Positions 1 to 10,173 of a DNA stretch of 64,000 bases are shown here, in pieces. The notes under the pieces are model-generated. The model did no database searches and was not told the DNA's origin. It was given only the letters and a program-made list of their open reading frames with translations. Source of the stretch: Minisyncoccota bacterium (GTDB taxonomy: Bacteria > Patescibacteriota > Minisyncoccia > UBA6257 > XYB1-36-10); contig JBAZJH010000001.1 of assembly GCA_041651415.1 (NCBI GenBank), forward strand, positions 215,713 through 279,712, read 5' to 3'. Within the stretch, counting starts at the first letter, position 1, and each line of letters begins with the position of its first letter. The position numbers and the translations under genes were made by a program.

Positions 1-882
1 AGCCCGATAAGCGAATTAAGAGCAGTATTGGAAGAAACTTTCGGGGCGGGAAAAACGGCGGTTTTTGATTCAGGAGGGATGACGAAAGAAGAAGCCAAAA
101 AAAATATTTCTTTCTTTTTGAGAGAAATGAGACGAACGGAAAGAAAGGGAAAGGTTTTTGTACGGCAAATAGAAAAAGAAGAAGCGGAATGGCTTGAAAG
201 AGGAAAAAGCTTACGGGAAATTTCCGCCAGTTTTAATCCGAAAGGAATAGAAATTTTCCCGATAAGGTTTTTATTGCCCAAAGAAATAAGAAAAGAAAGA
301 ACAAAAGATTTGAGGCAAATAGCAGAAAGAGAAGACATTTTAGAAAAAATAAATCTAGAGGAAGGAGAATTAAAAATTTTTGATGATTTTTGCCGCAAAA
401 AACACTACGAAGGAAAAAGTTTCAAGAGTTTGGGAAAAAATGAAAAAGAAAGAAAAGAAAAACTTTTATCCATTTTCAAAGAAATAAATTTTGAGGGATT
501 GATAATCGGAAAGAAAGAAAAAGGAGGAGAAAATGAGTTATTAAAAAAGAAAACAATTTTTTTAACAGCGATAGCTAATATAGAAGAAACAAAAGACACT
601 TTCACCAGTTTTATCAAAGAATCGTTCATTAATGGAGAAGCGATAGAAAAAACCATCGAGAAAATAACTTCGGCTCCGGCAAAGACAATGGGCTTTAAAA
701 ATATCGGGGAAATAAAAGAAGGAAATGAAGCCGATATCGCCCTTTTTAACAGAGTGGGAGAAATAAAACATTTGGTTGTCGGAGGGGTTTTAACTATCGA
801 ACACGGAAAAATAACGGGAAAACTGGGAGGAAAAATGAAAAAGGACGAAAATATAAGGAAAGAAAAAACAAGATGGTTTTAA
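1..882 (+). CDS. Amidohydrolase-family protein (N-acyl-D-amino-acid deacylase-like), 5' partial, probably degenerate
   Basis: C-terminal 'ITSAPAKTMGFKNIGEIKEGNEADIALF...HLVVGG' is the amidohydrolase C-terminal beta-sandwich signature; the frame is open to the window edge. Confidence 0.6.
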   Translation, partial: SPISELRAVLEETFGAGKTAVFDSGGMTKEEAKKNISFFLREMRRTERKGKVFVRQIEKEEAEWLERGKSLREISASFNPKGIEIFPIRFLLPKEIRKERTKDLRQIAEREDILEKINLEEGELKIFDDFCRKKHYEGKSFKSLGKNEKERKEKLLSIFKEINFEGLIIGKKEKGGENELLKKKTIFLTAIANIEETKDTFTSFIKESFINGEAIEKTIEKITSAPAKTMGFKNIGEIKEGNEADIALFNRVGEIKHLVVGGVLTIEHGKITGKLGGKMKKDENIRKEKTRWF

Positions 883-2024
883 GCAGATTATTTTCTTTTA
901 AAGAAATAAGAAAGCGAGCCGGAAGTCCGGATTATGTAATGCTTGTTTCTTTTATTTTTATTTTAGGATTCGGGCTTTTAATGCTTTCTTCCGCTTCAGC
1001 CGACCTCGGAAAAATAAGAGAAGGGGACACTTATTTTTATCTGAAAAGTCAACTAACAAAAGGAGTGGGGCTGGGTTTATTGGCTTTTCTTTTTCTTTAT
1101 TTTATAGATTATAAATATCTGAAAAAGTTTTCCATTTTTCTCCTTCTTTTAAGCATTATTCTTCTTATTCTAGTCTTTACGCCTCTTGGAGAAACAAAAA
1201 AAGGAGCAACAAGATGGCTGGATATCGGACCGGCATCAATACAACCGGCGGAAATAGTTAAATTTACTTTTTTAATTTATGTGGCTTCCTGGCTTTCCGG
1301 CAAAAAAGGAGAAAGAAGAAGAGAGAATTTAAAAGAAGGGTTTTTGCCTTTTATTTTAATTTCTGGAATAATAGCGACACTATTGTTTTTACAGCCAGCA
1401 ACAAGCATTGTGGCAATAATAATGCTTTCGGCTTTGATTGTTTATTACATCGCCGGAGGAAAAAAGTCTTTTGTTTTTTGGCTGGTTCTCGTAATCACTT
1501 TGGCGATTTCTGTTTACGCTTTTTTTACTCCCTATCGCTGGGCCAGAATTTCTTCTTTTTTTGATTTTATAAAAACCGGAGAAGTAACCGATACTACGGG
1601 CGCGCAACATCAATTAAACCAAAATTTAATAACCATAGGTTCGGGCGGAATTTTCGGAGTGGGTTACGGAAATTCCGTCAATAAGAAAAGCTATTTGCCG
1701 GAACCGATTGGAGATTCCATATTCTCCGTAATAGCGGAAGAATTCGGATTTGTGGGAGCAACGATTCTTATTTTGATTTTTTTCATTTTAGTTTTAAGAG
1801 GATTTATTTTGGCTTACCGGACAGAAGACACGTTCGCGCGCTTGGTTCTGGTGGGATTTTCTTCCGTTATCGGAATTCAAGTTTTTACGCACGTGGCGAC
1901 AAATTCCGGTTTAATTCCGACAACGGGAATTCCGTTGCCATTCGTGAGTTTTGGAAGCACTAGTATGGCGGTTTTTTTAGCTATGGCCGGCGTGATGCTG
2001 AATATGTCAAAATACGCAAAATGA
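873..2024 (+). CDS. ftsW: SEDS-family peptidoglycan glycosyltransferase FtsW/RodA
   Basis: Multi-TM protein with GATRWL, QPAE, YLPEPIGDSIFSVIAEEFG and GIPLPFVSFG motifs; directly upstream of murG. Confidence 0.9.
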   Translation: MVLSRLFSFKEIRKRAGSPDYVMLVSFIFILGFGLLMLSSASADLGKIREGDTYFYLKSQLTKGVGLGLLAFLFLYFIDYKYLKKFSIFLLLLSIILLILVFTPLGETKKGATRWLDIGPASIQPAEIVKFTFLIYVASWLSGKKGERRRENLKEGFLPFILISGIIATLLFLQPATSIVAIIMLSALIVYYIAGGKKSFVFWLVLVITLAISVYAFFTPYRWARISSFFDFIKTGEVTDTTGAQHQLNQNLITIGSGGIFGVGYGNSVNKKSYLPEPIGDSIFSVIAEEFGFVGATILILIFFILVLRGFILAYRTEDTFARLVLVGFSSVIGIQVFTHVATNSGLIPTTGIPLPFVSFGSTSMAVFLAMAGVMLNMSKYAK

Positions 2025-2072
2025 AATAAAATTTTAAGGACCGCTTATTTTTCTTTGTGATATAATAAAAAA

Positions 2073-3209
2073 GTGAAAAAAATAAGAATAATTTTTACTG
2101 GCGGGGGAACAGGCGGGCATATTTATCCTTTAGTGGCCGTTTTTAAAGAAGTAAAAAGAATAGCGGATAAAAACAACAGAGAAATCGAGGCGAGGTTTTT
2201 CGGGGCAAGCGGAAAATATCAGACAATGCTTGAGGGATATGGAATGAAAATAGGGAAAATAATTTCCAGTAAGATCAGAAGATATTTTTCCCCTTTAAAT
2301 CTGCTGGAGCCGTTTAAGTTTATCTATGGAATATTTCAAGCTTTGATAAAAGTTTATTTTTTTATGCCGGATGTTATTTTTTCGAAAGGCGGTCCGGGGG
2401 CTTTACCGGTTGTTTTGGCAGGGTTTTTTTACAGGATTCCCGTGATTATCCACGAATCGGACGCGGTGCCGGGGCTAACAAACAGGATTTCAGCAAAATT
2501 TGCCAAAAGAATAGCGATTTCATTCAAGTCGGCAGAAGTATTTTTTAACGGAAAAAAGACAGCTTTAGTGGGCAATCCAGTGCGGGATGATCTGATAAAT
2601 AACCGCGACGACCAAATTTTTGCCAAAAGATATTGGGGATTTAATCCGGAAAAACCGGTGATTTTAGTCTTGGGCGGTTCGCAAGGAAGCGAAATAATAA
2701 ATGACGTGATAATCAGAAACGCGCCGGAACTTCTGAAAAAATACCAGATAATACATCAGACAGGCGAGGATAAATTTAAAGAAGCGAAAGGGGAACTTGA
2801 ATTTATCGGAAAAGAAATCGGGAAAGAGGAAGCGAAAAATTACCAACTTCTGGCTTATTTATCAAAAGATTTAAAAGAAGCGTACACGGCTGCGGATTTA
2901 GTGGTCGGGAGAGCCGGCGCGGGAACAATTTTTGAAATAGCTTCTTTCGGAAAACCGGCTATTCTTATTCCACTAGCCAATTCCGCCGGAGAACATCAAA
3001 GATTAAACGCTTATGAATTTACCGAGACAGGCGGAGGCAAGGTTATAGAAGAAGATAATTTATTGAATAATGTTCTTTTGATTCAAATAGATAAAATTTT
3101 AAGCGATAAAGACAATTTAAAAAAGATGCAGGAAGCGTCTTTAAATTTCTTCATACCGAATTCGGCGGAAATGATCGGGGAAGAGATTTTTCGAATTGCC
3201 AGTTTCTAA
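2073..3209 (+). CDS. murG: Undecaprenyl-PP-MurNAc-pentapeptide GlcNAc transferase
   Basis: GGGTGGHIYP, HESDAVPGLTN, LGGSQG and RAGAGT motifs. Confidence 0.95.
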   Translation: MKKIRIIFTGGGTGGHIYPLVAVFKEVKRIADKNNREIEARFFGASGKYQTMLEGYGMKIGKIISSKIRRYFSPLNLLEPFKFIYGIFQALIKVYFFMPDVIFSKGGPGALPVVLAGFFYRIPVIIHESDAVPGLTNRISAKFAKRIAISFKSAEVFFNGKKTALVGNPVRDDLINNRDDQIFAKRYWGFNPEKPVILVLGGSQGSEIINDVIIRNAPELLKKYQIIHQTGEDKFKEAKGELEFIGKEIGKEEAKNYQLLAYLSKDLKEAYTAADLVVGRAGAGTIFEIASFGKPAILIPLANSAGEHQRLNAYEFTETGGGKVIEEDNLLNNVLLIQIDKILSDKDNLKKMQEASLNFFIPNSAEMIGEEIFRIASF

Positions 3210-3255
3210 AATTTAAAGTATAGAAAAAAGCGTTTTTTGTGTTATAATCAAGATA

Positions 3256-4647
3256 ATGTCAGGCGAAAATAAAGAGGTGAGGGTAAGAATAGCCCCTTCA
3301 CCAACAGGATCGCTTCATTTTGGTACTGCCCGTACCGCTCTTTTTAATTTGCTTTTTGCCAGAAGCAAAAAAGGAAAGTTTTTAATACGCATAGAAGACA
3401 CCGATTTAGAGAGGTCCGAAAAGAAGTTTGAAGAAGAAATATTAGAAGGTTTGGAATGGCTCGGAATAAAATCAGACGAAACGATATTAAGACAAAGCGA
3501 AAGAGGAGATATTTATGAAAAATATTTAAATAAGCTTTTAGAAGAGAAAAAAGCTTATTTCTGCTATTGCACGAAAGAAGAATTGGCAGAAGAAAAACAG
3601 TTTATGCTTTCACAAGGACTCGCGCCAAAATATAACGGAAGATGCTTAAATTCTCCTCCTAAAGACAGAGAACCGCAGCTTATCAGATTAAAAGTTCCGG
3701 AGAAAACGGTAGTTTTCAAAGATTTGATAAGAGGAAAAGTTTCTTTCGATTCCGGATTAATAGGAGATATCGCAATAGCAAAAAATTTAAGAACGCCTCT
3801 TTATAATTTTGCGGTGGTGGTTGATGACTTCGAAGAAAGGATAACGCACGTAATCAGAGGAGAAGACCATGTTCCGAACACCCCCAAACAAATTCTGATT
3901 CAAGAAGCTCTAAATATTCCAATTCCGGAATATGCGCATTTGCCGTTAATCTTAAACCCAGAAGGAGGGAAAATGTCAAAAAGATACATGGAAACATCGC
4001 TTCTGTCTTTTAGAGAAGAAGGATATTTACCTGAAGCAATGATAAATTTTATGGCTTTTATCGGTTGGCATCCAAAAGAAGATAAAGAAATAATGAGTCT
4101 GGAGGAAATAATAAAAGAATTTTCCATTGAACGAGTGCAAAAAGGGGGGGGAATCTTCAATAAAGAAAAATTAGAATGGATAAATTCTCAATATTTAAAA
4201 ATAATGAGCGATGAAGAAGCGGAAAAAAGAATAAAAGATTTTGTTCCGAAAGAATGGACGGAAAAAAAAGAAATCTATAAAAGAGCTGTGTCTTCTTTAA
4301 GAGAGAGGCTAAAAAAATTAAATGATTTTAAAAAAGAAGCAGATTTTATTTTTGAAACTCCGGAATACGAAAAAGAATTGCTTCTATGGAAAGAAACCGA
4401 AATGAAAGAAGAAAAAGAAATCTTGAGAAGAATTAAAGAAATAACGGAAAAAAACACTTCAAATAGAGATGAAAAAATTGTCGCTTTAGCGGAAGAAAAG
4501 GGGAGAGGGGAAGTTTATTGGCCTCTTCGAGTCGCTCTGTCAGGAAGAAAAAATTCTCCGCCGCCGCTGGAACTTCTTTCTATTTTAGGCCAAACCGAAT
4601 CTTTAAACAGAATAGAAAGAGCAATAGAAAAACTTGAAAATGACTAA
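3256..4647 (+). CDS. gltX: Glutamate--tRNA ligase
   Basis: RIAPSPTG.LHFG (HIGH), RIEDTD, HVIRGEDH and KMSKR motifs. Confidence 0.97.
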   Translation: MSGENKEVRVRIAPSPTGSLHFGTARTALFNLLFARSKKGKFLIRIEDTDLERSEKKFEEEILEGLEWLGIKSDETILRQSERGDIYEKYLNKLLEEKKAYFCYCTKEELAEEKQFMLSQGLAPKYNGRCLNSPPKDREPQLIRLKVPEKTVVFKDLIRGKVSFDSGLIGDIAIAKNLRTPLYNFAVVVDDFEERITHVIRGEDHVPNTPKQILIQEALNIPIPEYAHLPLILNPEGGKMSKRYMETSLLSFREEGYLPEAMINFMAFIGWHPKEDKEIMSLEEIIKEFSIERVQKGGGIFNKEKLEWINSQYLKIMSDEEAEKRIKDFVPKEWTEKKEIYKRAVSSLRERLKKLNDFKKEADFIFETPEYEKELLLWKETEMKEEKEILRRIKEITEKNTSNRDEKIVALAEEKGRGEVYWPLRVALSGRKNSPPPLELLSILGQTESLNRIERAIEKLEND

Positions 4648-5902
4648 TAATTTTTTAAAAAAAGCGGCGATTGTTTTTTTTGTTTTGGCGGTTTTTGGAA
4701 GCGCCGAAGAAATTAAGGCCGTGAGCCAGGAGGAAGAATTAAAGATTAAAATAGAAGAAAGAAACAAAGAACTCCAAAAAATAAAGGAAGAAATCGAGAG
4801 TACGGAAAAAGATTTGAATATAGTCGAAGACCAAAAAAAAACCTATCAAGGAGATGTAAATTCCCTTACCAAAAATATAAAACAGCTCAATTTAGGAATA
4901 AAATCAGCGGAGGTTTCCATTGGGAAGCTTGATTTGGAACTTACGTCGCTTGAAACCGGAATCAGAAGCACGGCAGAAGAAATAGAAGATAAGACTTATT
5001 CAATGGGAAAGGTTTTAAGAGAAGTGCAATTTTTGGATTCTTCGAGCGAAATCATGACTCTTCTAAAAAGTAAAAGTCTGAGCGAGGGAGTGACAAATAT
5101 TCAAAATCTTTTGGATTTAAAAAATAAAATTTCTGACGAAGTGGAAATTTTGAAATCATTAAAAGATGATTTAAATATAAAAGTAAAAGACCGCTCGGAT
5201 AAAAAAGAGGAAGTTGTCCTGCAAAATAAAAATTTAACTTACAGAAAAGTGATCATAGAAGAGCAACAGGAAGAAAAAAAGAAGCTTTTAAGTTTAACTA
5301 AAAAACAAGCGGAAGAATATTCCGACAAACTAAACGATTTAGTAAAAAAACAAGAAGAGATTGCTAAAGAAATAGAAGACATAGAATTAAAATTAAAAGA
5401 AAATTTTAATTTGGAAAGCTTGAAGGGGATAGGAGGAGTGCTGCTTTCCCCGATAAAAGGCGTAGTAGGAGACTTTTTAACCCAAGAATACGGAATCACT
5501 TCTTTTTCCTCAAGCTATAAAAGCGGGTTTCATAACGGAATAGACTTAGGAATTCCTACAGGCACGCCGGTTTTTGCCAGCGCCGATGGTATTGTCGCAG
5601 CAGTTGGGAATCAAGACAGTTATTGTTACAAAGGGGCTTATGGGCGATTTATAGTATTAAAACATTCGGAAAATAAATTAACGACTTTATATGCTCATTT
5701 ATCAAAGTATCTTGTCTCCCCTAACCAAGATGTAAAAAGGGGGGAGTTGATCGGATATTCCGGCAGTTCAGGATTTTCAACCGGTCCGCATCTTCATTTC
5801 ACAGTTTACGCTTCAGAGACTTTCTATATGGGACAAAGCAGAGTATGCGGGCAAATGCCTTTCGGCGCTCATTTAAATCCAATGGAATATATAGGAAAAT
5901 AA
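4640..5902 (+). CDS. Secreted coiled-coil M23 peptidase (EnvC/CwlO-like murein hydrolase)
   Basis: Signal peptide, long coiled coil, then HNGID...YAHL...STGPHLHF M23 motifs. Confidence 0.9.
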   Translation: MTNNFLKKAAIVFFVLAVFGSAEEIKAVSQEEELKIKIEERNKELQKIKEEIESTEKDLNIVEDQKKTYQGDVNSLTKNIKQLNLGIKSAEVSIGKLDLELTSLETGIRSTAEEIEDKTYSMGKVLREVQFLDSSSEIMTLLKSKSLSEGVTNIQNLLDLKNKISDEVEILKSLKDDLNIKVKDRSDKKEEVVLQNKNLTYRKVIIEEQQEEKKKLLSLTKKQAEEYSDKLNDLVKKQEEIAKEIEDIELKLKENFNLESLKGIGGVLLSPIKGVVGDFLTQEYGITSFSSSYKSGFHNGIDLGIPTGTPVFASADGIVAAVGNQDSYCYKGAYGRFIVLKHSENKLTTLYAHLSKYLVSPNQDVKRGELIGYSGSSGFSTGPHLHFTVYASETFYMGQSRVCGQMPFGAHLNPMEYIGK

Positions 5903-5908
5903 AACAAA

Positions 5909-6040
5909 ATGATAGAACAAATTCTAACGCAATTAAAAACAGAAGTATTAGAAGTAATGGGAAATGGATTTCTTTTAATAGCAAAAGGAGCGGCTAATTT
6001 TTTTATTATTTTAATAGATTTCATTAAGTCCTTCTTTTGA
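5909..6040 (+). CDS. Putative 43-aa small amphipathic/membrane peptide
   Basis: ATG 6 nt after the M23 stop; MIEQILTQLKTEVLEVMGNGFLLIAKGAANFFIILIDFIKSFF; below the ORF-track cutoff. Confidence 0.45.
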   Translation: MIEQILTQLKTEVLEVMGNGFLLIAKGAANFFIILIDFIKSFF

Positions 6041-6105
6041 GGCAAATTATAATAATATGTCGCAAAACAGCTCTTGTGCGACAGGTTATATAGATTCCCC
6101 CGCCG

Positions 6106-6657
6106 ATGAATAAATTTTCAAAATTTAAAATAATATTTTTAATAATCGGACTCTTAGTCCTTGTTTCTCTTTTAATTTTAAACTTCAATTATTTCAAACA
6201 ATTCACATCCGATTTTATTGAAAATCGACTCGTCTCTTGGGGTTATCTCGGATTCTTCCTTATTGTCTTTTTATTGGAAGCTCTCCCCCAGCCGTTTTTA
6301 AGCCCGCTCATTCCTTTTATTACCGGAGCTATTTTGAATTTTAATGTTATCACTCTTTTCTGGCTTACCATTATCGGTTCCATTCTTGCCAATTACGCCG
6401 CTTATTATCTCGGCTTAAGTTTGGAAAGCTCCGCCGTAAAATTATTTGTAAAAGAAGAAAATTACGACAAATCATTAAGCTGGTTTAATAAATACGGAAA
6501 AAAATCTTTCAGTTTACTGGCTCTTTCCCCTCTTCCTTTTTTCCCCATTTTGGGAGGCGTTTTTAAGATGAATTTCTTTGAATTCACCAAATACGCTATA
6601 ATTCCAAGAATTATCCATTATTTGATATTCGGAAGTATTTTAATCCTTTCGCTTTAA
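6106..6657 (+). CDS. DedA/VTT (SNARE-associated) membrane protein
   Basis: GYLGFFLIVFLLE..., G.ILANY.AYYLG and WFNKYG patterns; hydrophobic. Confidence 0.75.
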   Translation: MNKFSKFKIIFLIIGLLVLVSLLILNFNYFKQFTSDFIENRLVSWGYLGFFLIVFLLEALPQPFLSPLIPFITGAILNFNVITLFWLTIIGSILANYAAYYLGLSLESSAVKLFVKEENYDKSLSWFNKYGKKSFSLLALSPLPFFPILGGVFKMNFFEFTKYAIIPRIIHYLIFGSILILSL

Positions 6658-6662
6658 AAATT

Positions 6663-6914
6663 ATGAAATCAAACAAAAACAGAATAATTACTATTGTTAT
6701 CTTTTTAGTGGTTATAGTATCCATCATTCTTTTCATTATCTTTAACTTCAGTATTTTTGATAAAAGAAAAGATTTTATGGAAAAAGAAAAAATTGCCTGC
6801 CAAAATTTTAATATCGACGATTCTTGTTCTTTTTATATTGAAAATGAACGGGTTTCCGGCCAATGTTTCAAATTAAAAAACGGCCCTTTAGTTTGCAGAC
6901 CGATTAAGAAGTAA
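6663..6914 (+). CDS. Small membrane-anchored protein with a four-Cys extracellular domain
   Basis: N-terminal TM; AC...DDSCSF...GQC...LVCRP. Confidence 0.6.
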   Translation: MKSNKNRIITIVIFLVVIVSIILFIIFNFSIFDKRKDFMEKEKIACQNFNIDDSCSFYIENERVSGQCFKLKNGPLVCRPIKK

Positions 6915-6934
6915 ATAATTTTTTATTTAAAAAA

Positions 6935-6962
6935 GGCCTTACGCGAATTTTCGCGTAAGGCT
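6935..6962. terminator. Bidirectional intrinsic terminator
   Basis: gccttacgcg-aatttt-cgcgtaaggc hairpin between convergent genes. Confidence 0.6.
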
Positions 6963-6970
6963 TAATTTTA

Positions 6971-7270
6971 TTAACAAACAAAAGCAATTTTCAAATAAAA
7001 ATAGACGATAAAGAAAAAAACCGCAAAGAAAAGAATAGCAGTGGTGGAGAGAAAAATCATTTCTTTCATTTTAAAATAAAGATCTCTCCTTATTTGCCCC
7101 TTTTCTCCTTCTGTATTGTCAAAAGCTATATAAATCCAAATTTCTTTTCCTATTTGATTGTACTTATAAAAACGGCAATAAAGAAGAAAAGATAGAATGA
7201 AGCTGATAATTCCTGCTCCGAGAACAATGTTTTTGAGCAGATAAAACTGCCCAAGAGTCATTTCGATCAT
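6971..7270 (-). CDS. Hypothetical two-TM membrane protein
   Basis: SD (aggag) upstream, two hydrophobic segments, bidirectional terminator at 6935-6962. Confidence 0.6.
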   Translation of the reverse strand: MIEMTLGQFYLLKNIVLGAGIISFILSFLLYCRFYKYNQIGKEIWIYIAFDNTEGEKGQIRRDLYFKMKEMIFLSTTAILFFAVFFFIVYFYLKIAFVC

Positions 7271-7354
7271 TTTTAATCTCCTATTTTTGCCAACTGGCAG
7301 ATTTTTTATTTCAATTCTTTTAAAAGTTTTTCATATTTTGTATTTTTTGTCAAC

Positions 7355-7415
7355 AAAACTCCACGGCCGTAAGGCTGTGGAGTTTTAAGTTTCGCCCCAC
7401 AGAAAGGCGGTGTAA
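7355..7415 (+). repeat. Partial copy of REP/MITE-like repeat family 1
   Basis: aaactccacggccgtaaggctgtggagttt followed by gtttcgccccacagaaaggcgg. Confidence 0.75.
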
Positions 7416-7421
7416 ATAATT

Positions 7422-8153
7422 TTAATAGACGATATCTACGCCTTTTAAGACAGACTTTATCTTCTCCCCTTCCCCTGCCGGAAGATTATTTTTATAGATA
7501 TAAAGAGTGTCTAAATTCTTCAAGCCGGATATTTTTTCGGAAATGGCGGAAAAAAGCTTATTATTTGCCAAATCCAATTTAGTTAAAGAAGAAAGCGTCC
7601 AAAGTTCATCAGGAAGAGAAGAAAGAGAGTTAACATTCAAATAAAGCTCGGAGAGATTGGAAAGACTACCGATAGAAAGAGGGATCTCAGAAAGCTGATT
7701 ATTAGTCAGGTTTAAAACCACAAGCGAAGAAAGACTGCCGATATTTTCCGGCAAAGAAGAAAGAGAGTTATTGCTCAAATCAAGCAGACGCAAACGAGAA
7801 AGTTTGCCGAGACTAACCGGAAGTTCTTTCAAGCCGTTTTTTGAAGCGTGAAGCTCGACCAGATTCTCGAATTTATCAATATCGCCGGGAAGCGAACCGA
7901 GACCGGCATTATTCAAATCAAGCCAGCAAACGCTTTCCGGATTTTTTTGAGCTTCTTTCAAATCGGTGAAAGGATGTTCTTTGTCGCCAAGACAGAAACT
8001 TTTTCTTTTTTCCGTTAAATTAATTTCCGGCAAGACTGCTGATTCTTCTTGTTGAGATTTATTTTTAAGAAAACCGAAATAAAAGAAAGCGGAAACGAGA
8101 ACAATAAAAATAATAACAAAAACAAAGGAAAGTATCTTTTTATTATTTTTCAT
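7422..8153 (-). CDS. Membrane-anchored leucine-rich-repeat protein
   Basis: N-terminal TM followed by about six 23-aa LxxLxLxxNxLxxLPxxIG repeats. Confidence 0.9.
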   Translation of the reverse strand: MKNNKKILSFVFVIIFIVLVSAFFYFGFLKNKSQQEESAVLPEINLTEKRKSFCLGDKEHPFTDLKEAQKNPESVCWLDLNNAGLGSLPGDIDKFENLVELHASKNGLKELPVSLGKLSRLRLLDLSNNSLSSLPENIGSLSSLVVLNLTNNQLSEIPLSIGSLSNLSELYLNVNSLSSLPDELWTLSSLTKLDLANNKLFSAISEKISGLKNLDTLYIYKNNLPAGEGEKIKSVLKGVDIVY

Positions 8154-8324
8154 AAGATAATTATAGCATTTTAAAGAAATAAAAAAGTCCGGCCGGCAGG
8201 CCTAAGAGTGGAAAAGTTAATCAAGAGAGGCAAAAGCAACAACCGCAAGCAAGAGATTTTTTAATTTCTTCATAAACGCGCGGGGCTTTCGCGGAGATTA
8301 ACAAATAAGATATAATAAGGAACA

Positions 8325-9098
8325 ATGTTTTATAAAAAAGAGAACGAGGCGGAATTCAGAGAAAAAGCAGGATATGAGATAGGAGAAGAATGGTATCCGA
8401 GAGTGACAAAAATAATGGAAATAAAATCAAAACCGGCGCTTTACCGGTTTTATTCGGCTGTCGGTTTTGATAACGGAGAGAAAATAAAAGAAAAATCGGC
8501 GACGGAAGGGACGATGGTGCATGAGGCCGTCCAAAAAATAATGGTCGGAGAAGACCCGATAGTGCCTTTAGAAATCAAGCCGGCCGTGGACGCTTTCATA
8601 AAATTCAAAGAAAGAAATTTGATTGAGGCCTATCCGGAACTCATTGAAAAAAGGGTCGTTCATAATTTTTTCCGCTACGCGGGGACAGTGGACGCCATAG
8701 TCAATTTAAACGGGCGATTTGGGGTTTTAGACATAAAAACCTCTCAATCGGTCTATCGGGATTACAATCTGCAGACAGCGGCTTATTTTGACGCTTTAAA
8801 AGAGAAGTTTCCGGAGCTTTCCGCCAGGTGGATTTTAAGAATCGACCAGGCGCAAAAATGCATGGCGTGCGGAGCGGTTTTAAGAACAAAAGGAGGCCGA
8901 AAAAAAATCACCAAGCCGTTTCCTTATGTAAACGGAATGTGTAAGGAAGAAGAGCACGCTTGGTCGGACCCGCAAGGAATTATTGAACTTTCCGAATCTC
9001 CCGCCTCCCATGAGAATGATTTTGAAGCGTTTCTTGGAGCCAAAAGATTGTGGGAATGGGAAAATGAGACGATGCTTAAAAAAATAGGATATTTATAA
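8325..9098 (+). CDS. PD-(D/E)XK nuclease (phage-exonuclease/Cas4-like fold) with a putative Zn-binding insert
   Basis: YPRVT, GTMVH, YAGTVD, LDIKTS and LQTAAY motifs; CMAC...C...H. Confidence 0.75.
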   Translation: MFYKKENEAEFREKAGYEIGEEWYPRVTKIMEIKSKPALYRFYSAVGFDNGEKIKEKSATEGTMVHEAVQKIMVGEDPIVPLEIKPAVDAFIKFKERNLIEAYPELIEKRVVHNFFRYAGTVDAIVNLNGRFGVLDIKTSQSVYRDYNLQTAAYFDALKEKFPELSARWILRIDQAQKCMACGAVLRTKGGRKKITKPFPYVNGMCKEEEHAWSDPQGIIELSESPASHENDFEAFLGAKRLWEWENETMLKKIGYL

Positions 9099-9100
9099 TA

Positions 9101-9256
9101 TTATTCGGAGCATTTTTCGATAACGATAGGAATATTTTTAAATTCCTGAAAATAAAGATAACCGAGAGCGAAGCTTAAAGAAGAAATAAGCATAACAAGA
9201 ATAAAGAGAATCATCTCTCTCCCCTTTTCCCTGAAAAAGTCTTTGATTTTTTCCAT
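9101..9256 (-). CDS. Small single-TM hypothetical protein
   Basis: MEKIKDFF...ILFILVMLISSLSFALGYL...PIVIEKC; divergent from rpmA. Confidence 0.55.
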   Translation of the reverse strand: MEKIKDFFREKGREMILFILVMLISSLSFALGYLYFQEFKNIPIVIEKCSE

Positions 9257-9306
9257 ATTTGAATTATATTGACTTTTAAAAGAAAAATATAGTAAAATAG
9301 CTTGAT

Positions 9307-9579
9307 ATGGCACATACAAAATCTGCGGGCTCTACCAGATTAGGGAGAGATTCCAAATCAAAAAGACTGGGAGTAAAGAAACAAGACGGCGAAGCAATAA
9401 GAGCGGGAGAAATAATCATCAGACAACGCGGAACGAAATATCATGGCGGAAAGAACATAAAGACAGGAGCAGACGATACGCTTTTTGCGGCAAAAGACGG
9501 AAAAGTAAAATTCTCCAGCAAGTTTAAAGCCGGATTCGATGGAAAGAAAAGAAAAATAACTTTGGTAGAAGTCAAATAA
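9307..9579 (+). CDS. rpmA: 50S ribosomal protein L27
   Basis: [23 protein letters not shown]. Confidence 0.97.
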   Translation: MAHTKSAGSTRLGRDSKSKRLGVKKQDGEAIRAGEIIIRQRGTKYHGGKNIKTGADDTLFAAKDGKVKFSSKFKAGFDGKKRKITLVEVK

Positions 9580-9605
9580 AAAACCCGAAAGGGTTTTTTA
9601 TTTTT

Positions 9606-9723
9606 ATTAAATCTCCGCTTCAAACCCCTTAAGATAGCGCGCGGGGTTTGAAGCGGTAAAGATTTAAAATAAACCCCGACTTTCTACGGGGTGAAACTTT
9701 ATAGCCGAAGGCTGTGAAGTTTC
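9606..9723 (-). repeat. REP/MITE-like repeat family 1, full copy
   Basis: Reverse complement of the 11735-11858 unit (gcgcggggtttgaagcggtaaagattt, ccccgactttctacggggtgaaact). Confidence 0.8.
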
Positions 9724-9724
9724 G

Positions 9725-10168
9725 TTACTCTTCTTTTAAAATAATAATTTTCAGGTCGGCAAAAATTTCCGGAGTCAAGAAAATTCTTAGCGGATATTCT
9801 CCGAGCGTTTTTAAATGACTTTCAAATTCAATTTTGAAAGGCAAAAAGCCAAATTCTTTTTCAAAAATTTGAGAAATATCCTTTTCGGAAACTGAACCGA
9901 AAAGTTCTCCCTTCTCCCCCGCTTTTCTTGAAATTTCAAAAACCCGACCGGAAATTTTTTCTTTTTCTTTCAGAGCCAGATAATTTTTTTCTTCGTTTTT
10001 AACAAGAGCAGATTTTTTTTCCAGCTCTATTTTTTCAACTGATTTGGAATCGGCAATTTTGGCTAGCCCTCTCGGAATAAGAAAATTGCGAGCGTAGCCG
10101 TCCGAAACATTTTTGACTTCAAAACGGCGCCCGATTTTTTTGACGTCTTCCAGCAAGATTATTTTCAT
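9725..10168 (-). CDS. rplI: 50S ribosomal protein L9
   Basis: [11 protein letters not shown]...[14 protein letters not shown] and LFGSV. Confidence 0.95.
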   Translation of the reverse strand: MKIILLEDVKKIGRRFEVKNVSDGYARNFLIPRGLAKIADSKSVEKIELEKKSALVKNEEKNYLALKEKEKISGRVFEISRKAGEKGELFGSVSEKDISQIFEKEFGFLPFKIEFESHLKTLGEYPLRIFLTPEIFADLKIIILKEE

Positions 10169-10173
10169 AAGAT

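Noticed and set aside
8325-9098. Cas4 / CRISPR-Cas locus
   Set aside because: No array or other cas genes in the window, and no Cas4 four-Cys arrangement
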